The translations under genes and the position numbers were made by a program. The notes under the pieces were generated by a model. That model was not told where the DNA came from. It saw only the letters and a program-made list of their open reading frames with translations, and did no database searches. DNA of 64,000 bases. Source: an uncultured Pirellulaceae bacterium (GTDB lineage: Bacteria > Planctomycetota > Planctomycetia > Pirellulales > Pirellulaceae). The stretch's first letter is position 1. Each line of letters starts with the position of its first letter. The stretch lies in assembly GCA_937967505.1 (NCBI GenBank), contig CALCJM010000020.1, positions 2,131-66,130 on the forward strand, written 5' to 3'. Below are positions 20,461 through 30,860 of the stretch, in pieces.

Positions 20461-21750
20461 ATGAAACAAAACATCTTTTTGGGGGCCGTCGCCGACGATA
20501 TCACCGGCGCCAGCGACCTAGCAATCAACCTGGTCAAAGGAGGTTTGCGCGTTGTTCAGTTTTTGTGTTTACCGACGGTCGCACAGTTAAGCGACCTAGA
20601 CTGCGATGCGGTTGTGGTCGCGCTCAAGACACGTTCGATTCCCAAAGCGGATGCCGTTCGGCAATCGGTTGCCGCGATTGAGGCCATGCGTTCGCACGGT
20701 TGCCAACGGTTCTTTTTCAAATACTGTTCGACCTTCGATTCGACACCCGATGGCAATATCGGCCCGGTCACCGATGCATTGATGCAGACGCTGGATACCG
20801 ACCGAACGATCCTTTGTCCGGCCTTTCCCGAAGCAGGCCGGACAGTTTACCAAGGTCATCTGTTTGTGGGCGACCGGTTGCTCAATGATTGCGGAATGCA
20901 ACACCATCCGCTCAACCCGATGACCGACGCTGATCTGGTCAGATTCGCAGGAACTCAATCACGGCACCCAATTGGGTTGGTCAACTTTCAAACCGTCTCT
21001 CGGGGCAACGCCGCGGTCACCGATCAAATCGAGCAGCTTGTCGCAGCCGGGCAACCGGTGATCGTGACCGACTGCTGCCATAACGAAGATCTGAAAACGA
21101 TCGCTGCGGCGGTTGGTGATTTCCCGTTGACCACTGGTGGGTCCGGAATCGGGCGCTTCCTGCCCGCGGCCTGGCGATCTACCGGATTGTTGGATTCAAA
21201 CGCATGGACCGCTAAAGTTCCGCAAGTCAGCGGAAAAAGTCTGATTATTGCCGGCAGTTGCTCATCTGCCACCCAGCGTCAGGTTGCCACGATAAAGGAC
21301 CGTTGCGATGTGCTTCAGGTCAATGTCGCCACATTGATGAATGATCCACAGGCCTTGATGCAGCAAGTTGATGATTTGGCGGGGGCCTCCGTTTCAAGCC
21401 GCCCGATCATGATTTACTCAACGGCTTCACCGGCAGAAATCGATAAAGCGCGTCAGCACTTTGATCAAAAGAAAATTTCCGGGGCGATCGAGCAATTCCA
21501 TGCCCGGGCGGCAAAACACATGGTGCAACAGCACGGGTTTCGGCGATTGCTGATTGCCGGTGGTGAGACATCCGGTGCAGTGGTCGCGGAACTGGGCATC
21601 GAACGGCTGTATATTGGCCCCGAAATTTGCACAGGTGTGCCATGGACAGAAACAGGAGGCCCCGACAATCTTGCCATCACGCTGAAGTCCGGCAACTTTG
21701 GCAACGATCATTTTTTTGAAACCGCCATCGCGATGCTGGATGTTGCTTGA
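20461..21750 (+). CDS. otnK: 3-oxo-tetronate kinase (DUF1537 four-carbon acid-sugar kinase)
   Basis: ADDITGASD, FFKYCSTFDST, GNIGPV, HPLNPMTD, AGGETSG and LKSGNFG. Confidence 0.88.
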   Translation: MKQNIFLGAVADDITGASDLAINLVKGGLRVVQFLCLPTVAQLSDLDCDAVVVALKTRSIPKADAVRQSVAAIEAMRSHGCQRFFFKYCSTFDSTPDGNIGPVTDALMQTLDTDRTILCPAFPEAGRTVYQGHLFVGDRLLNDCGMQHHPLNPMTDADLVRFAGTQSRHPIGLVNFQTVSRGNAAVTDQIEQLVAAGQPVIVTDCCHNEDLKTIAAAVGDFPLTTGGSGIGRFLPAAWRSTGLLDSNAWTAKVPQVSGKSLIIAGSCSSATQRQVATIKDRCDVLQVNVATLMNDPQALMQQVDDLAGASVSSRPIMIYSTASPAEIDKARQHFDQKKISGAIEQFHARAAKHMVQQHGFRRLLIAGGETSGAVVAELGIERLYIGPEICTGVPWTETGGPDNLAITLKSGNFGNDHFFETAIAMLDVA

Positions 21751-21786
21751 AAAAAGAAATCATCACTGAAACCGAAGTGAACCACC

Positions 21787-22440
21787 ATGAATCAGGACAT
21801 CGGAACCGAGCGTGAACTGCGTGAACGAATCGCAATGCACGGCAAATCCATTTTTGACCGCGGTCTGACTGCCGGCAGTTCGGGCAACATCAGCGTGCGT
21901 ATACCCGGCAAATCAGGCGGCATGTTGGTCACACCCACGAATTCCTGCCTGGGTCGTCTGGACCCCGACCGCATCACCAAACTGGATGCACTGGGCAATG
22001 TAGTTTCCGGAGATCAGCCCAGCAAGGAAGCATTTTTGCATCACAGTGTCTACGATGTTCGCGCCGATTCGCAGTCGATCGTGCACCTGCATTCGACGAA
22101 CTCCGTCGCGGTTTCTGTGATTGCCGATATCGATCCGAACGACGTGTTGCCACCAATCACGGCTTACTACGTGATGCGCGTCGGTCGCCTGCCGCTAATT
22201 CCTTATTACGCACCGGGCGACAAAGAACTGGCCGAAGCGGTGCGCGAAAAAGCCAAAGAATCGCACAGCCTGTTGTTGGCCAATCACGGACCGGTGATCG
22301 CGGGTAAATCCCTCGACGCAGCGGTCAATGCGACAGAGGAACTGGAAGAAACCGCCAAGCTGTATCTGATGTTGCGAAATATTCCGATCCGCGCGCTGTC
22401 GGTCGAACAGTGTGATGAGTTGAAAGCACGGTTTTCCTGA
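21787..22440 (+). CDS. otnC: 3-oxo-tetronate 4-phosphate decarboxylase (class II aldolase fold)
   Basis: GSSGNIS, TPTN, PSKE, HLHS, LANHG and EELEETAKL; adjacent to otnK. Confidence 0.85.
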   Translation: MNQDIGTERELRERIAMHGKSIFDRGLTAGSSGNISVRIPGKSGGMLVTPTNSCLGRLDPDRITKLDALGNVVSGDQPSKEAFLHHSVYDVRADSQSIVHLHSTNSVAVSVIADIDPNDVLPPITAYYVMRVGRLPLIPYYAPGDKELAEAVREKAKESHSLLLANHGPVIAGKSLDAAVNATEELEETAKLYLMLRNIPIRALSVEQCDELKARFS

Positions 22441-22760
22441 TCTTCGTCGCTGGTCATGACGCACATGGGCCACGGCTTTAACGCTGATTTCTGGGTCCCG
22501 TCACGAGGATTACCTGTGTCGTCGGCGTAGCCTTGAGGTATTTGAATCCCAACATCAAAATGGTGTCCTGTCGAGATGAAAGAAAGCCACACCTGAAAAC
22601 GGGGCCGACCTACATGGTATTCGTCCTGTAAGCCTAGGTCCAAACGATATCATTGCAAAAACAGGACACTCTCAGGCAGGGCGACATTCTTCACATCCCG
22701 ACATCCAATTTTTCCGGTTTAAACATTTCATACCAATCATCCATAGGACTATTGTCACCC

Positions 22761-23057
22761 ATGTTTATCATCGCCGTCGAATTCAAAATCCATCCCGCCA
22801 ACGCCGATCAATTTCGGGAAATGATTCTCAAACAGGCCGCTAACTCACTCGCACTGGAACCGGACTGTCACCAGTTCGATGTCTGTTTCGCAATCGACGA
22901 TCCGACACACTGTTTCCTGTACGAAAAATACACCGATGCAGCGGCATTTGAAATTCACAAAAACACGCCTCACTTCATCCAGTTCAGCGACGACGTTGCC
23001 CCGTGGATACAATCCAAAGAAGTCAAATCATGGAAATGTCTGCCATCACCATCGTGA
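22761..23057 (+). CDS. Antibiotic-biosynthesis-monooxygenase (ABM)/LsrG-like protein
   Basis: EPDCHQFDV, FLYEKY and H-K-N-T-P-H-F. Confidence 0.85.
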   Translation: MFIIAVEFKIHPANADQFREMILKQAANSLALEPDCHQFDVCFAIDDPTHCFLYEKYTDAAAFEIHKNTPHFIQFSDDVAPWIQSKEVKSWKCLPSPS

Positions 23058-23199
23058 GATACATCGCTTGCGAGACAATTGCGCAGTTAGGTGTCAACAA
23101 GGACCAAGCGCGCGCTTAAATGAAACAGGTTGGACCCATCCAAACCGGCGGTTCGGGTAACAATCGGCACTTCCAGCCGGGGACCGATGCAAATCCCTG

Positions 23200-23511
23200 C
23201 TACTCGCGCCAAGCTTCTTTGAGATTGATGTCGGATTTTGATGTGTCGTCAACCAACTTACCCGGATCTTCGGTTTCGAAAGTGACCCGTGACTCCAACA
23301 TGGACCGCTCACTCTCCCCGACAATTTCCGAGGAGCTAAATATGGCCGATGTCTGGTCGCCGCCAAATTCAGTCACCGCTGAAGCAGGAACGTATGCGCT
23401 TTGCCGAGTAGTTTTTTGGGTTGTCGCGGTAGGCTCGACCCCGCAACCACTAACAATCACCAGACCACCAAACATTAAACTTACCGATCTCAGCGCAAAA
23501 CTCGTTCTCAT
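23200..23511 (-). CDS. Hypothetical lipoprotein
   Basis: Lipobox-like signal ...GLVIVSG-C. Confidence 0.55.
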   Translation of the reverse strand: MRTSFALRSVSLMFGGLVIVSGCGVEPTATTQKTTRQSAYVPASAVTEFGGDQTSAIFSSSEIVGESERSMLESRVTFETEDPGKLVDDTSKSDINLKEAWRE

Positions 23512-23731
23512 ATAGAATTACTCTTTCTTTAGTGATTTACCGGATGGGATCCGTTATAAACAATGAAATAATGGGCGGCAGGGCATCCCCTCTTATGAGG
23601 GGCGAGTATAAAGACTGCTCCGATCAATCCCAAGAGCGGTTCCTTGCAGTACCGACAAAATACCGGTAAAAAACGAGTGGTGAGGCGAGGCTTGGTCGCA
23701 CAGGTGTGTTGGTGTATGGGTGCGTAAGCCT

Positions 23732-25582
23732 CTACAGATAATACAGCACCAGACACAGGCCTAGGATCAGCGTCGCCCAGACAGCCATCGTATTGGTCGA
23801 CCACGCCCGGCCCATCAGTCCGCCCTCATGGAACCACTTTTGGCCCGTTCGGATCACGCTGCCTACGATCGCCAAAAATGCCTTTCGAGCACCGCGGTCG
23901 ATTGCCAGAACGACAGTCCCACCAACACCAATCGCACCCGGTAGCAGCCTTCGGTAAACCCAGTCGGTATCCAGATTGGTTGCACGAATTTCTGACGGAT
24001 AAAGCTTCGTCTTCATCAGGACCACAAACGCCAACGCAGCGAACAGCAGCAACTGCAATTGCAGTGTCACATGCGACAACGTGTAGGGTGCATAGTGAGA
24101 CTCATAAGGCAGCAAGCCATACAGCAGCGGGTAGGCGATTCCCAGCAAGATACACAATCCCGCAGCAAGCGCCATCGCCAGCAACATATTCCAGGGCGCT
24201 TCTTGGGGACGTTTGCCTGAATCGTGAGCGAAGAATGCAAAGAACGGAATTTTGATCCCCGAGTGTTCCATCACGCCCGCCGATGCGATCAATAACACCA
24301 GCCACGGCCAGAACAAATCCGCCTGTGCCGCAGCCGAAATGATCATCGATTTGCTGACAAAACCACTCAACAATGGAAACCCGGAAATGGATCCCGCACC
24401 AATCATACAAAACCCGGTCGTCCACGGCATCGACTTGTGCAGCCCACCCAGCTCTGTCGCTTTGGTGGTGCCCACGCGATGCAGGACTGCTCCCATCGAC
24501 ATAAACAGCAGCGCCTTATAGATAATATGGCAAAACGCATGAGCCGCCATGCCGTTGATCGCCAGTTCGGATCCAATACCGATGCCGACCACCATAAAAC
24601 CCAACTGGTTGTTCAGACTGTAGGCCAACACGCGGCGAAGGTCGTTTTCAATCACCGCAAAAATGATCGGAAACAGGGTCATCGCGCTGCCGATCCAAAT
24701 CAGTTCTTCAGTCCCTGCAAAACCCCGGGCCAGTGAATACACAGCCAACTTCGTCGTAAAAGCGCTGAGAAACACGGTGCCGGTGGGCGTGGCCTGCGGA
24801 TACGAATCCTGCAACCAGTTATGCAACAGCGGAAACGCACACTTGATCCCGAACGCCAGAAAAATCAATAGACCGGACACCGACAGACCGCCTTCATCCT
24901 GGTACAGTCCAATCGCACCAATTTCGCCCAACGCCCCAAACGAAACAGCGCCCGTTTCGGACAGTCGCATGATCGCACCAGATAACAGCAGAACCCCCGA
25001 ACCGACCTGGATCATCAGGTACCGCATTCCCGATCGATACGAAGCACTGGTGTTGCTGGCCCACACCAGCACCACGCTGGTAATGGCAGTCAATTCCCAA
25101 AACACAAACAGCGTCATCAAATCACCCGCACACGACGCTGCGATCGCACCACCGGCATACATCATTCCGGAGATATGCTGTTTGACATCGGTCACGTGCA
25201 GTGCATAGATCGACGACACAATCGCCGCCAGATGAAACACCAGTCCAAAAATAAAGCTCAATCGGTCAATCCGCACCATCGCCAAGGTCTGGTCGAACAA
25301 TTCGAACTGGCCAAAGACCCCCATGGGCGTCAACAAAAACAACACTAGGCTGGCGATCGACAATACCAAACTGCCCCACGCGGCGCGACGGCCCAACAGT
25401 GGCAACAGCAGCGCCCCCAGAATCATGAGGGTGCCCGGCGGCAACTGCTGAAGGAAACCTGCCGGCAGGTCGGCCGCAGATGCCGCCACCTGAGCCAGCG
25501 CCTCGGAGGTAGCATTTACGTGATCGCCATGGCCTGCGTGGCTGGCATGATCGCCCAACAACCCAAAAAGATTACCGATCAT
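23732..25582 (-). CDS. mrpD: Mrp Na+/H+ antiporter MrpD/A-like subunit (third paralogue)
   Basis: FWE, IKCAFPLLHNWL-D-YP, TKLAVY, LAYS and HIIYKALLF. Confidence 0.85.
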   Translation of the reverse strand: MIGNLFGLLGDHASHAGHGDHVNATSEALAQVAASAADLPAGFLQQLPPGTLMILGALLLPLLGRRAAWGSLVLSIASLVLFLLTPMGVFGQFELFDQTLAMVRIDRLSFIFGLVFHLAAIVSSIYALHVTDVKQHISGMMYAGGAIAASCAGDLMTLFVFWELTAITSVVLVWASNTSASYRSGMRYLMIQVGSGVLLLSGAIMRLSETGAVSFGALGEIGAIGLYQDEGGLSVSGLLIFLAFGIKCAFPLLHNWLQDSYPQATPTGTVFLSAFTTKLAVYSLARGFAGTEELIWIGSAMTLFPIIFAVIENDLRRVLAYSLNNQLGFMVVGIGIGSELAINGMAAHAFCHIIYKALLFMSMGAVLHRVGTTKATELGGLHKSMPWTTGFCMIGAGSISGFPLLSGFVSKSMIISAAAQADLFWPWLVLLIASAGVMEHSGIKIPFFAFFAHDSGKRPQEAPWNMLLAMALAAGLCILLGIAYPLLYGLLPYESHYAPYTLSHVTLQLQLLLFAALAFVVLMKTKLYPSEIRATNLDTDWVYRRLLPGAIGVGGTVVLAIDRGARKAFLAIVGSVIRTGQKWFHEGGLMGRAWSTNTMAVWATLILGLCLVLYYL

Positions 25583-25853
25583 AGTAATCCTCCGATCGAC
25601 GAATCACGGTTCTCAATATCGTTCCCAAAAACACGACCACCACAAATGCCAAAAAACCAATCAACGCCTGGTACCCAAACATTTGCTCGATCGGAAAATG
25701 TGCCGGATGATGGTCGTCATAAAACGACTTTCCAAAAATGGCCTCGACCGCCAGCAACACCAAGCAAGCGCTCACCAGTGCGACAATCAACCGGTTGATA
25801 TTGGCCGGTTTGTCGAACCAGCCTGGCGAATTTGCCTCAGAGTTTTCAGTCAT
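25572..25853 (-). CDS. Small two-TM protein within the Mrp operon
   Basis: WFDKPANI...RRSEDYYD; overlaps the downstream gene. Confidence 0.75.
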   Translation of the reverse strand: MTENSEANSPGWFDKPANINRLIVALVSACLVLLAVEAIFGKSFYDDHHPAHFPIEQMFGYQALIGFLAFVVVVFLGTILRTVIRRSEDYYDR

Positions 25854-25857
25854 GGGA

Positions 25858-27384
25858 TTAGTGTCCTGCCTGCACGATTGGAAGCAACCATTGGTAAATG
25901 TGATTGGCAAAGAAAAACAGAGCCACACTGCCAACGGCCGTGATGCACAGCGGCACCACGCACAGCAACGGCCCCTCCTTGATCTTCCAGCCGCCAGCGC
26001 CGCTGTGTTTATCCTGGGTATCCTCCTCCGGCGTTTCCACCGGAGCCATGAACGCCCGAATCGGGATCGGCACCAGATACGCGATATTCAACAGCGAACT
26101 GATCATCAACGCCCCCATCAAAAAGGCCTTGCCTGAATCAACCGCCCCGAGTGCCAGAAAATATTTGCTCCATGCACCTCCGCCGGGCGGCAACCCAATG
26201 ATGCTGATGGTGGCGATCAAAAATGCACCGAAGGTAAACGGCATCGCGCGTCCCAGCCCGCGCATGTCGCTGATGTTGGATTTATGTGCCCCCACGTAAA
26301 TTGCACCGGCACAGAAAAACAGGGTAATCTTCCCCACCGCATGCATCGCAATGTGCATACCGCCACCGATGATGCTGGCCTCGGTCGCAATCGCGGCACC
26401 CAATGTAATGTAGGCCAGCTGACTGATCGTCGAATACGCCAGTCGCGCCTTGAGGTTGTCTTTGGTCATCGCCACCAGAGACGCCAGCAAAATCGAAGCC
26501 GCTGCCACATGGCAAATCCAGTCACCAGCATGGGTATCGGCAATCAAATCGATCCCAAAAATATAGACAGCGATCTTCAGTACCGAAAACACACCAACTT
26601 TCACGACCGCCACCGCGTGCAGTAGTGCGCTGACGGGCGTCGGCGCGACCATCGCCGCCGGCAACCACCGGTGAAACGGCATCAACGCCGCTTTCCCGAT
26701 ACCGAAGGCAAACAGACAAAACAAAATCGCCAACTGCCTCTGGCTGATCTTGCCCTCGGAAAACGCAGTGGCCAAAACGCCGCCCTCGGTAAAATCCAGC
26801 GTACCAGTCACGCTCCAGGTCCACGCGATCGCCAACATAAAAAATGCCACCGAAGTCGACAGCAAAATGCCTAGGTAGACCCGACCTCCGTTGCGTGCTT
26901 TTTCGTCGCCGTGATGCGTCACCAACGGGTATGTCGAAAGGGTCATCACTTCATACATCACAAATAATGTAAACAGGTTCGCCGAAAATGCGGCCGCCAA
27001 CGCCGCGAAAATGGCAATCGCGAAACAGGCAAAAAATCGCGTCTGGTTGATTTCGTGATGGCCCCGCATGTATCCGATGGCGTAGATCGTCGTCAGCACC
27101 CACAATCCCGCTGCCACCAGTGCAAACAACATCCCCAATGGTTCAACCGTGAACGCAATCTCGAACCCGGGCATCATCACATCACCCAGGCTCCAGTGAG
27201 GTCGCGCACCGGAAAAAACATGTCCTGCCAGACAGCACGTCACGTAAAACAGCACCGACGAAACAGTAATCGTGCAGGCCTCGCGCAGATTGGGGATCCT
27301 GCCGGCGACCACCACCAGTAGCAGCGCCACCAACGGCAACGCCAGACATATTTGAATCATGGCCTCGGGAGTCACGTTATTCAT
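25858..27384 (-). CDS. mrpD: Mrp antiporter MrpD/A-like subunit (second paralogue)
   Basis: KAALMPFHRWLPAAMVAPTPVSALLH and LAYSTISQL. Confidence 0.85.
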   Translation of the reverse strand: MNNVTPEAMIQICLALPLVALLLVVVAGRIPNLREACTITVSSVLFYVTCCLAGHVFSGARPHWSLGDVMMPGFEIAFTVEPLGMLFALVAAGLWVLTTIYAIGYMRGHHEINQTRFFACFAIAIFAALAAAFSANLFTLFVMYEVMTLSTYPLVTHHGDEKARNGGRVYLGILLSTSVAFFMLAIAWTWSVTGTLDFTEGGVLATAFSEGKISQRQLAILFCLFAFGIGKAALMPFHRWLPAAMVAPTPVSALLHAVAVVKVGVFSVLKIAVYIFGIDLIADTHAGDWICHVAAASILLASLVAMTKDNLKARLAYSTISQLAYITLGAAIATEASIIGGGMHIAMHAVGKITLFFCAGAIYVGAHKSNISDMRGLGRAMPFTFGAFLIATISIIGLPPGGGAWSKYFLALGAVDSGKAFLMGALMISSLLNIAYLVPIPIRAFMAPVETPEEDTQDKHSGAGGWKIKEGPLLCVVPLCITAVGSVALFFFANHIYQWLLPIVQAGH

Positions 27385-28922
27385 GGTGTGCCTCCTCCCA
27401 GCAGGACTCGAGCCGCATCACCTGCCAGCCCCGCCGACCAGGTGGTCCACACACCAAACACCACTGTTGCTCCGACGACCACCCAGGTCGTGACCAGCAT
27501 GATCAATGGTGCCTCCGTCGCTTTTTTGGCTTTCTCCGAGGGTGGCGAAAAATACAGCACTTCCACCACCTGCCAGATATAAATAACAGCCAGCAACGAA
27601 CTGACCAACATCAGTGCCGCGACCGGATAAAGTTCATTCTCCATCGCCGCAGTCAGTAGCAACCATTTGCTGATGAATCCGCAGGTCACCGGCACGCCGA
27701 TCAGGCCCAAACCTCCAGTCGCCCACGCTAGGGACGTCCAAGGCATCGTCTTTCCGGCACCACGCCAGTCGTCTAGGTGCACCGACCCCAATCGCAATGC
27801 AAAACAGCCAACCGCCATAAACAACCCGCCCTTGATTAGTGCATGGTTAAACATGTGTACGATACCGGCAGTCAATCCGTGCTGGTTGGCCATACTGATA
27901 CCCAGCAACATATATCCGATCTGGGCGATACTGGAATACGCCAGACGGCGCTTGATGTTGGTTTGATAAATTGCGGCAATCGACGCCACGAAAATCCCCA
28001 CCAGCGAAAACGACCACAGCGCGGTATCCAGCGGCAGCAGCTCAAAGGCAAACGTCGGTGTAAAGATTCCGAACACGATCCGGATAAACGCGTACACCGA
28101 AACTTTCGTCGCCGTGGCAGCCACGAAACACGTCACCACCGACGGGGCATAGGTATAGGAGTTGGGCAACCACGTATGCAATGGGAACACGGCCATCTTG
28201 ATGCACAGGCCCACCGTCAAAAAGGCAAACGCCACCAGCATCGTGCGCGAGCCCTCCCAGTGCGGAGGCCCTTGGACTCCATCGACCACCACGCCCGCCG
28301 TGCGATAGCTTTCCAGTTGCACACCAATGTCGGCCATATTCAGCGTGCCGGTCATCTGATACAGCAGCCCGATGCCAATCAGTAAAAACGTCGCCCCAAT
28401 GGTCCCCATAATCAGGTACTGGAACGCTGCCAATGGGGCGCGGCGTGTTTTGCCTAGGCTGATCAGGGCATAAGTTGACAGGGACGAGATTTCCAGAAAA
28501 ACAAACACGTTGAACAGATCGCCGGTAGCACACATACCCAGCAATCCCGTCATACACAGCAGGTACAGCGCATAAAACATGTAGTGCTTTGACTGAGGCA
28601 CTTCGTCACTCAGGCTGGGGCCGGAATACATCAGCACAATCGCGCCCATCCCGGAGATAAACGTCATCAGAAACGCATTCAACGGATCTATTGCGTATTC
28701 GATCCCGTACGGCGGTTCCCAGCCACCGAGATAATAGGAGATCTTGCCCACGGCGCTGACTTTCGCCACCAGCCAAACCGACAGACCAAACGTGATCCAA
28801 CAAACCACCCAAGACAGTAGTTTCGCCATCGTGCGCGCCCCCAACAGCACGCACAGTGGCGCTGCGATCAGCGGGACGACGATCGTCAGAACCGGCAAAT
28901 GGAAATCAAGATACTCGATCAC
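27381..28922 (-). CDS. mrpD: Mrp antiporter subunit D
   Basis: GGWEPPYGIE, DLFNVFVFLEI and KMAVFPLHTWLP. Confidence 0.9.
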   Translation of the reverse strand: MIEYLDFHLPVLTIVVPLIAAPLCVLLGARTMAKLLSWVVCWITFGLSVWLVAKVSAVGKISYYLGGWEPPYGIEYAIDPLNAFLMTFISGMGAIVLMYSGPSLSDEVPQSKHYMFYALYLLCMTGLLGMCATGDLFNVFVFLEISSLSTYALISLGKTRRAPLAAFQYLIMGTIGATFLLIGIGLLYQMTGTLNMADIGVQLESYRTAGVVVDGVQGPPHWEGSRTMLVAFAFLTVGLCIKMAVFPLHTWLPNSYTYAPSVVTCFVAATATKVSVYAFIRIVFGIFTPTFAFELLPLDTALWSFSLVGIFVASIAAIYQTNIKRRLAYSSIAQIGYMLLGISMANQHGLTAGIVHMFNHALIKGGLFMAVGCFALRLGSVHLDDWRGAGKTMPWTSLAWATGGLGLIGVPVTCGFISKWLLLTAAMENELYPVAALMLVSSLLAVIYIWQVVEVLYFSPPSEKAKKATEAPLIMLVTTWVVVGATVVFGVWTTWSAGLAGDAARVLLGGGTP

Positions 28923-29485
28923 TGCCGTCGATCCATCTGTAAAATTTCATCTTCTTCAATCGTTCCGTAATCTTCGCTGATCCGCACGATCAATGACAGT
29001 GCCACCGCCGTGGTCGCGATCCCCACAACAATCGCCGTCAGCATCAACACGCTGGGCAACGGATTGGTATAGATCACTCCTGCGGTTTCGGTGACCCCAT
29101 GGATCGCATCACCGGTTGCATCATGCGTTAATTCATGTGCCAATTCATGTGCCAATTCGGTGACATGGTCCGCATGGCCATGGTCAACCGTTTCATTTGC
29201 TGCCGTTGCGTTCGCTGCTGGTGTGTGGCCACTTGGGGCCGCATGCGTATCATGCTGGTCATGAGCATCGTGTTGGCCGGCCAACGCGGGCGGAATGACA
29301 GGCGCGGTCCCGCCGGTGACTTTTCCCATCGTGATATACAACAGCACCACCGAGACCTGAAAAATGTTCAGCCCAATCACTGTTTTAATCATGTTCTTGC
29401 GGGCGATCACAATGTAAAAACCCGTCATCATCAGAAACACGACGATCCAGTAATTATATAATCCAAAAAACTGATCGCTGCTCAT
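28919..29485 (-). CDS. mrpC: Mrp antiporter subunit C with a His-rich insertion
   Basis: NMIKTVIGL and NPLPSVLMLTAIVVG. Confidence 0.9.
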   Translation of the reverse strand: MSSDQFFGLYNYWIVVFLMMTGFYIVIARKNMIKTVIGLNIFQVSVVLLYITMGKVTGGTAPVIPPALAGQHDAHDQHDTHAAPSGHTPAANATAANETVDHGHADHVTELAHELAHELTHDATGDAIHGVTETAGVIYTNPLPSVLMLTAIVVGIATTAVALSLIVRISEDYGTIEEDEILQMDRRQ

Positions 29486-29964
29486 GCTGACGCCTTTTCA
29501 TTAAACAGCCGCGACCGTCCGGCGAAACAGTAAAAGATCATGGTCATCACGGCGGTCACGGTAATGCCCACGCCAAATTCAACCAGAAAAATCCCCAGAT
29601 GCTGACCATGCGGCAAAAATCCGTGCAGAACATCATGGTTCAACGCTTCGTAGTCTAGGAAATTGGCCGGCACCTGACCACCATCGTGCGTTCGCCCAAT
29701 CAGCGTCGTGGCAATACCGGTCCCCGCATAAATCAAAACTCCCAGCGCAATCAATTTTTCGATCACCCTCGGTGGAGCCACTTCCTGAACGGCCGGCAAA
29801 CCAAACACCAATCCGTACAGAATCAACGCCGACGCCAGAATCACACCTGCCTGAAAACCGCCACCGGGTCCAAAGTCACCGTGAAACTGCACATACAAAC
29901 CAAACAGCAAAATGTAGGGAATGATCAGCTTGCTGACCACGCGAATAATGGGGAACGAATTCAC
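29482..29964 (-). CDS. mrpB: Mrp antiporter subunit B
   Basis: HGDFGPGGGFQAG and EFGVG; GTG start overlaps the upstream TGA (GTGA). Confidence 0.9.
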   Translation of the reverse strand: MNSFPIIRVVSKLIIPYILLFGLYVQFHGDFGPGGGFQAGVILASALILYGLVFGLPAVQEVAPPRVIEKLIALGVLIYAGTGIATTLIGRTHDGGQVPANFLDYEALNHDVLHGFLPHGQHLGIFLVEFGVGITVTAVMTMIFYCFAGRSRLFNEKASA

Positions 29965-30542
29965 GAGGACCTCCCTTTCTTTTCGGTCGAAGCAGATTTT
30001 TGGGTCACCCGGTGATCGCAATCTTCTGGATCGCGTCGCAGGATCATCAACACCGCGATGCCGGCGGTAAAAATCACCGCGGTTTCGCCCAGCGTATCGT
30101 AGCCGCGATAACTGGCCAACAACGCGGTCACCACGTTGGGCAAACCATGCATGTCGTGCTGTGATTTTTCGACAAACCCCGGCTCGATGCGTGTTTGCAC
30201 CGGTGCTGCCGGATCGCCAAAGTGCGGCATATCCAGCGTGCCGTAGACTAGGGCGGCACCGGTGATGCCGACCACCAACAGCGGCACAATCGGCGAAGCG
30301 GTGGTGGGTTTCTCTTTCTTGCCGGCCAACGCCAAAGTGCCCAACATCAGAAACGTGGAAATCCCCGCACCGACCGCCGCTTCGGTGAACGCCACGTCCG
30401 GTGCATCCAGAATCAACATCCAACTGGCACCCAGGAAACTAAAGATGCCGGTAAACATCACAGCAGCCCACAAATCCCGCATGCGTGCGATCGCGATTGC
30501 CGTCACCGCCAGCAACGTCAGAATGGAAACAGAAACAAACAT
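29961..30542 (-). CDS. Mrp DUF4040 / MrpB-related subunit (split MrpA C-terminal part)
   Basis: APDVAFTEAAVGAG and NVVTALLASYRGYDTLGE. Confidence 0.88.
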   Translation of the reverse strand: MFVSVSILTLLAVTAIAIARMRDLWAAVMFTGIFSFLGASWMLILDAPDVAFTEAAVGAGISTFLMLGTLALAGKKEKPTTASPIVPLLVVGITGAALVYGTLDMPHFGDPAAPVQTRIEPGFVEKSQHDMHGLPNVVTALLASYRGYDTLGETAVIFTAGIAVLMILRRDPEDCDHRVTQKSASTEKKGRSS

Positions 30543-30548
30543 GGATCG

Positions 30549-30860
30549 CTAACCGTCTTTCTTGTCGGTGACGGGATCGAGCCCCTGCATGATCGCCGAT
30601 TTGGCCAGGGCGTGGCATGAACTGGGACTGACCACAAACAAAAAAAACAAAATGATCGCCAGCTTCACTGTCGCGAGAGTCAGTCCAGTTTGGAACATCA
30701 ACCCGAAAATAATCAGTGCAGCGCCCAAGGTGTCGGTGATGCCGCCACCGTGCAGGCGCGAATAGAATTCAGGCATCCTGAGAATCCCAATGCCCCCAAT
30801 CACCGAAAATGCGGCTCCTCCGGTCAGAAACAGCCACGTCACCACATCCAGCAACATCAT
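30549..30860 (-). CDS. mrpG: Mrp antiporter subunit G
   Basis: GILRMPEFYSRLH...DTLG...P...HALA. Confidence 0.9.
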   Translation of the reverse strand: MMLLDVVTWLFLTGGAAFSVIGGIGILRMPEFYSRLHGGGITDTLGAALIIFGLMFQTGLTLATVKLAIILFFLFVVSPSSCHALAKSAIMQGLDPVTDKKDG

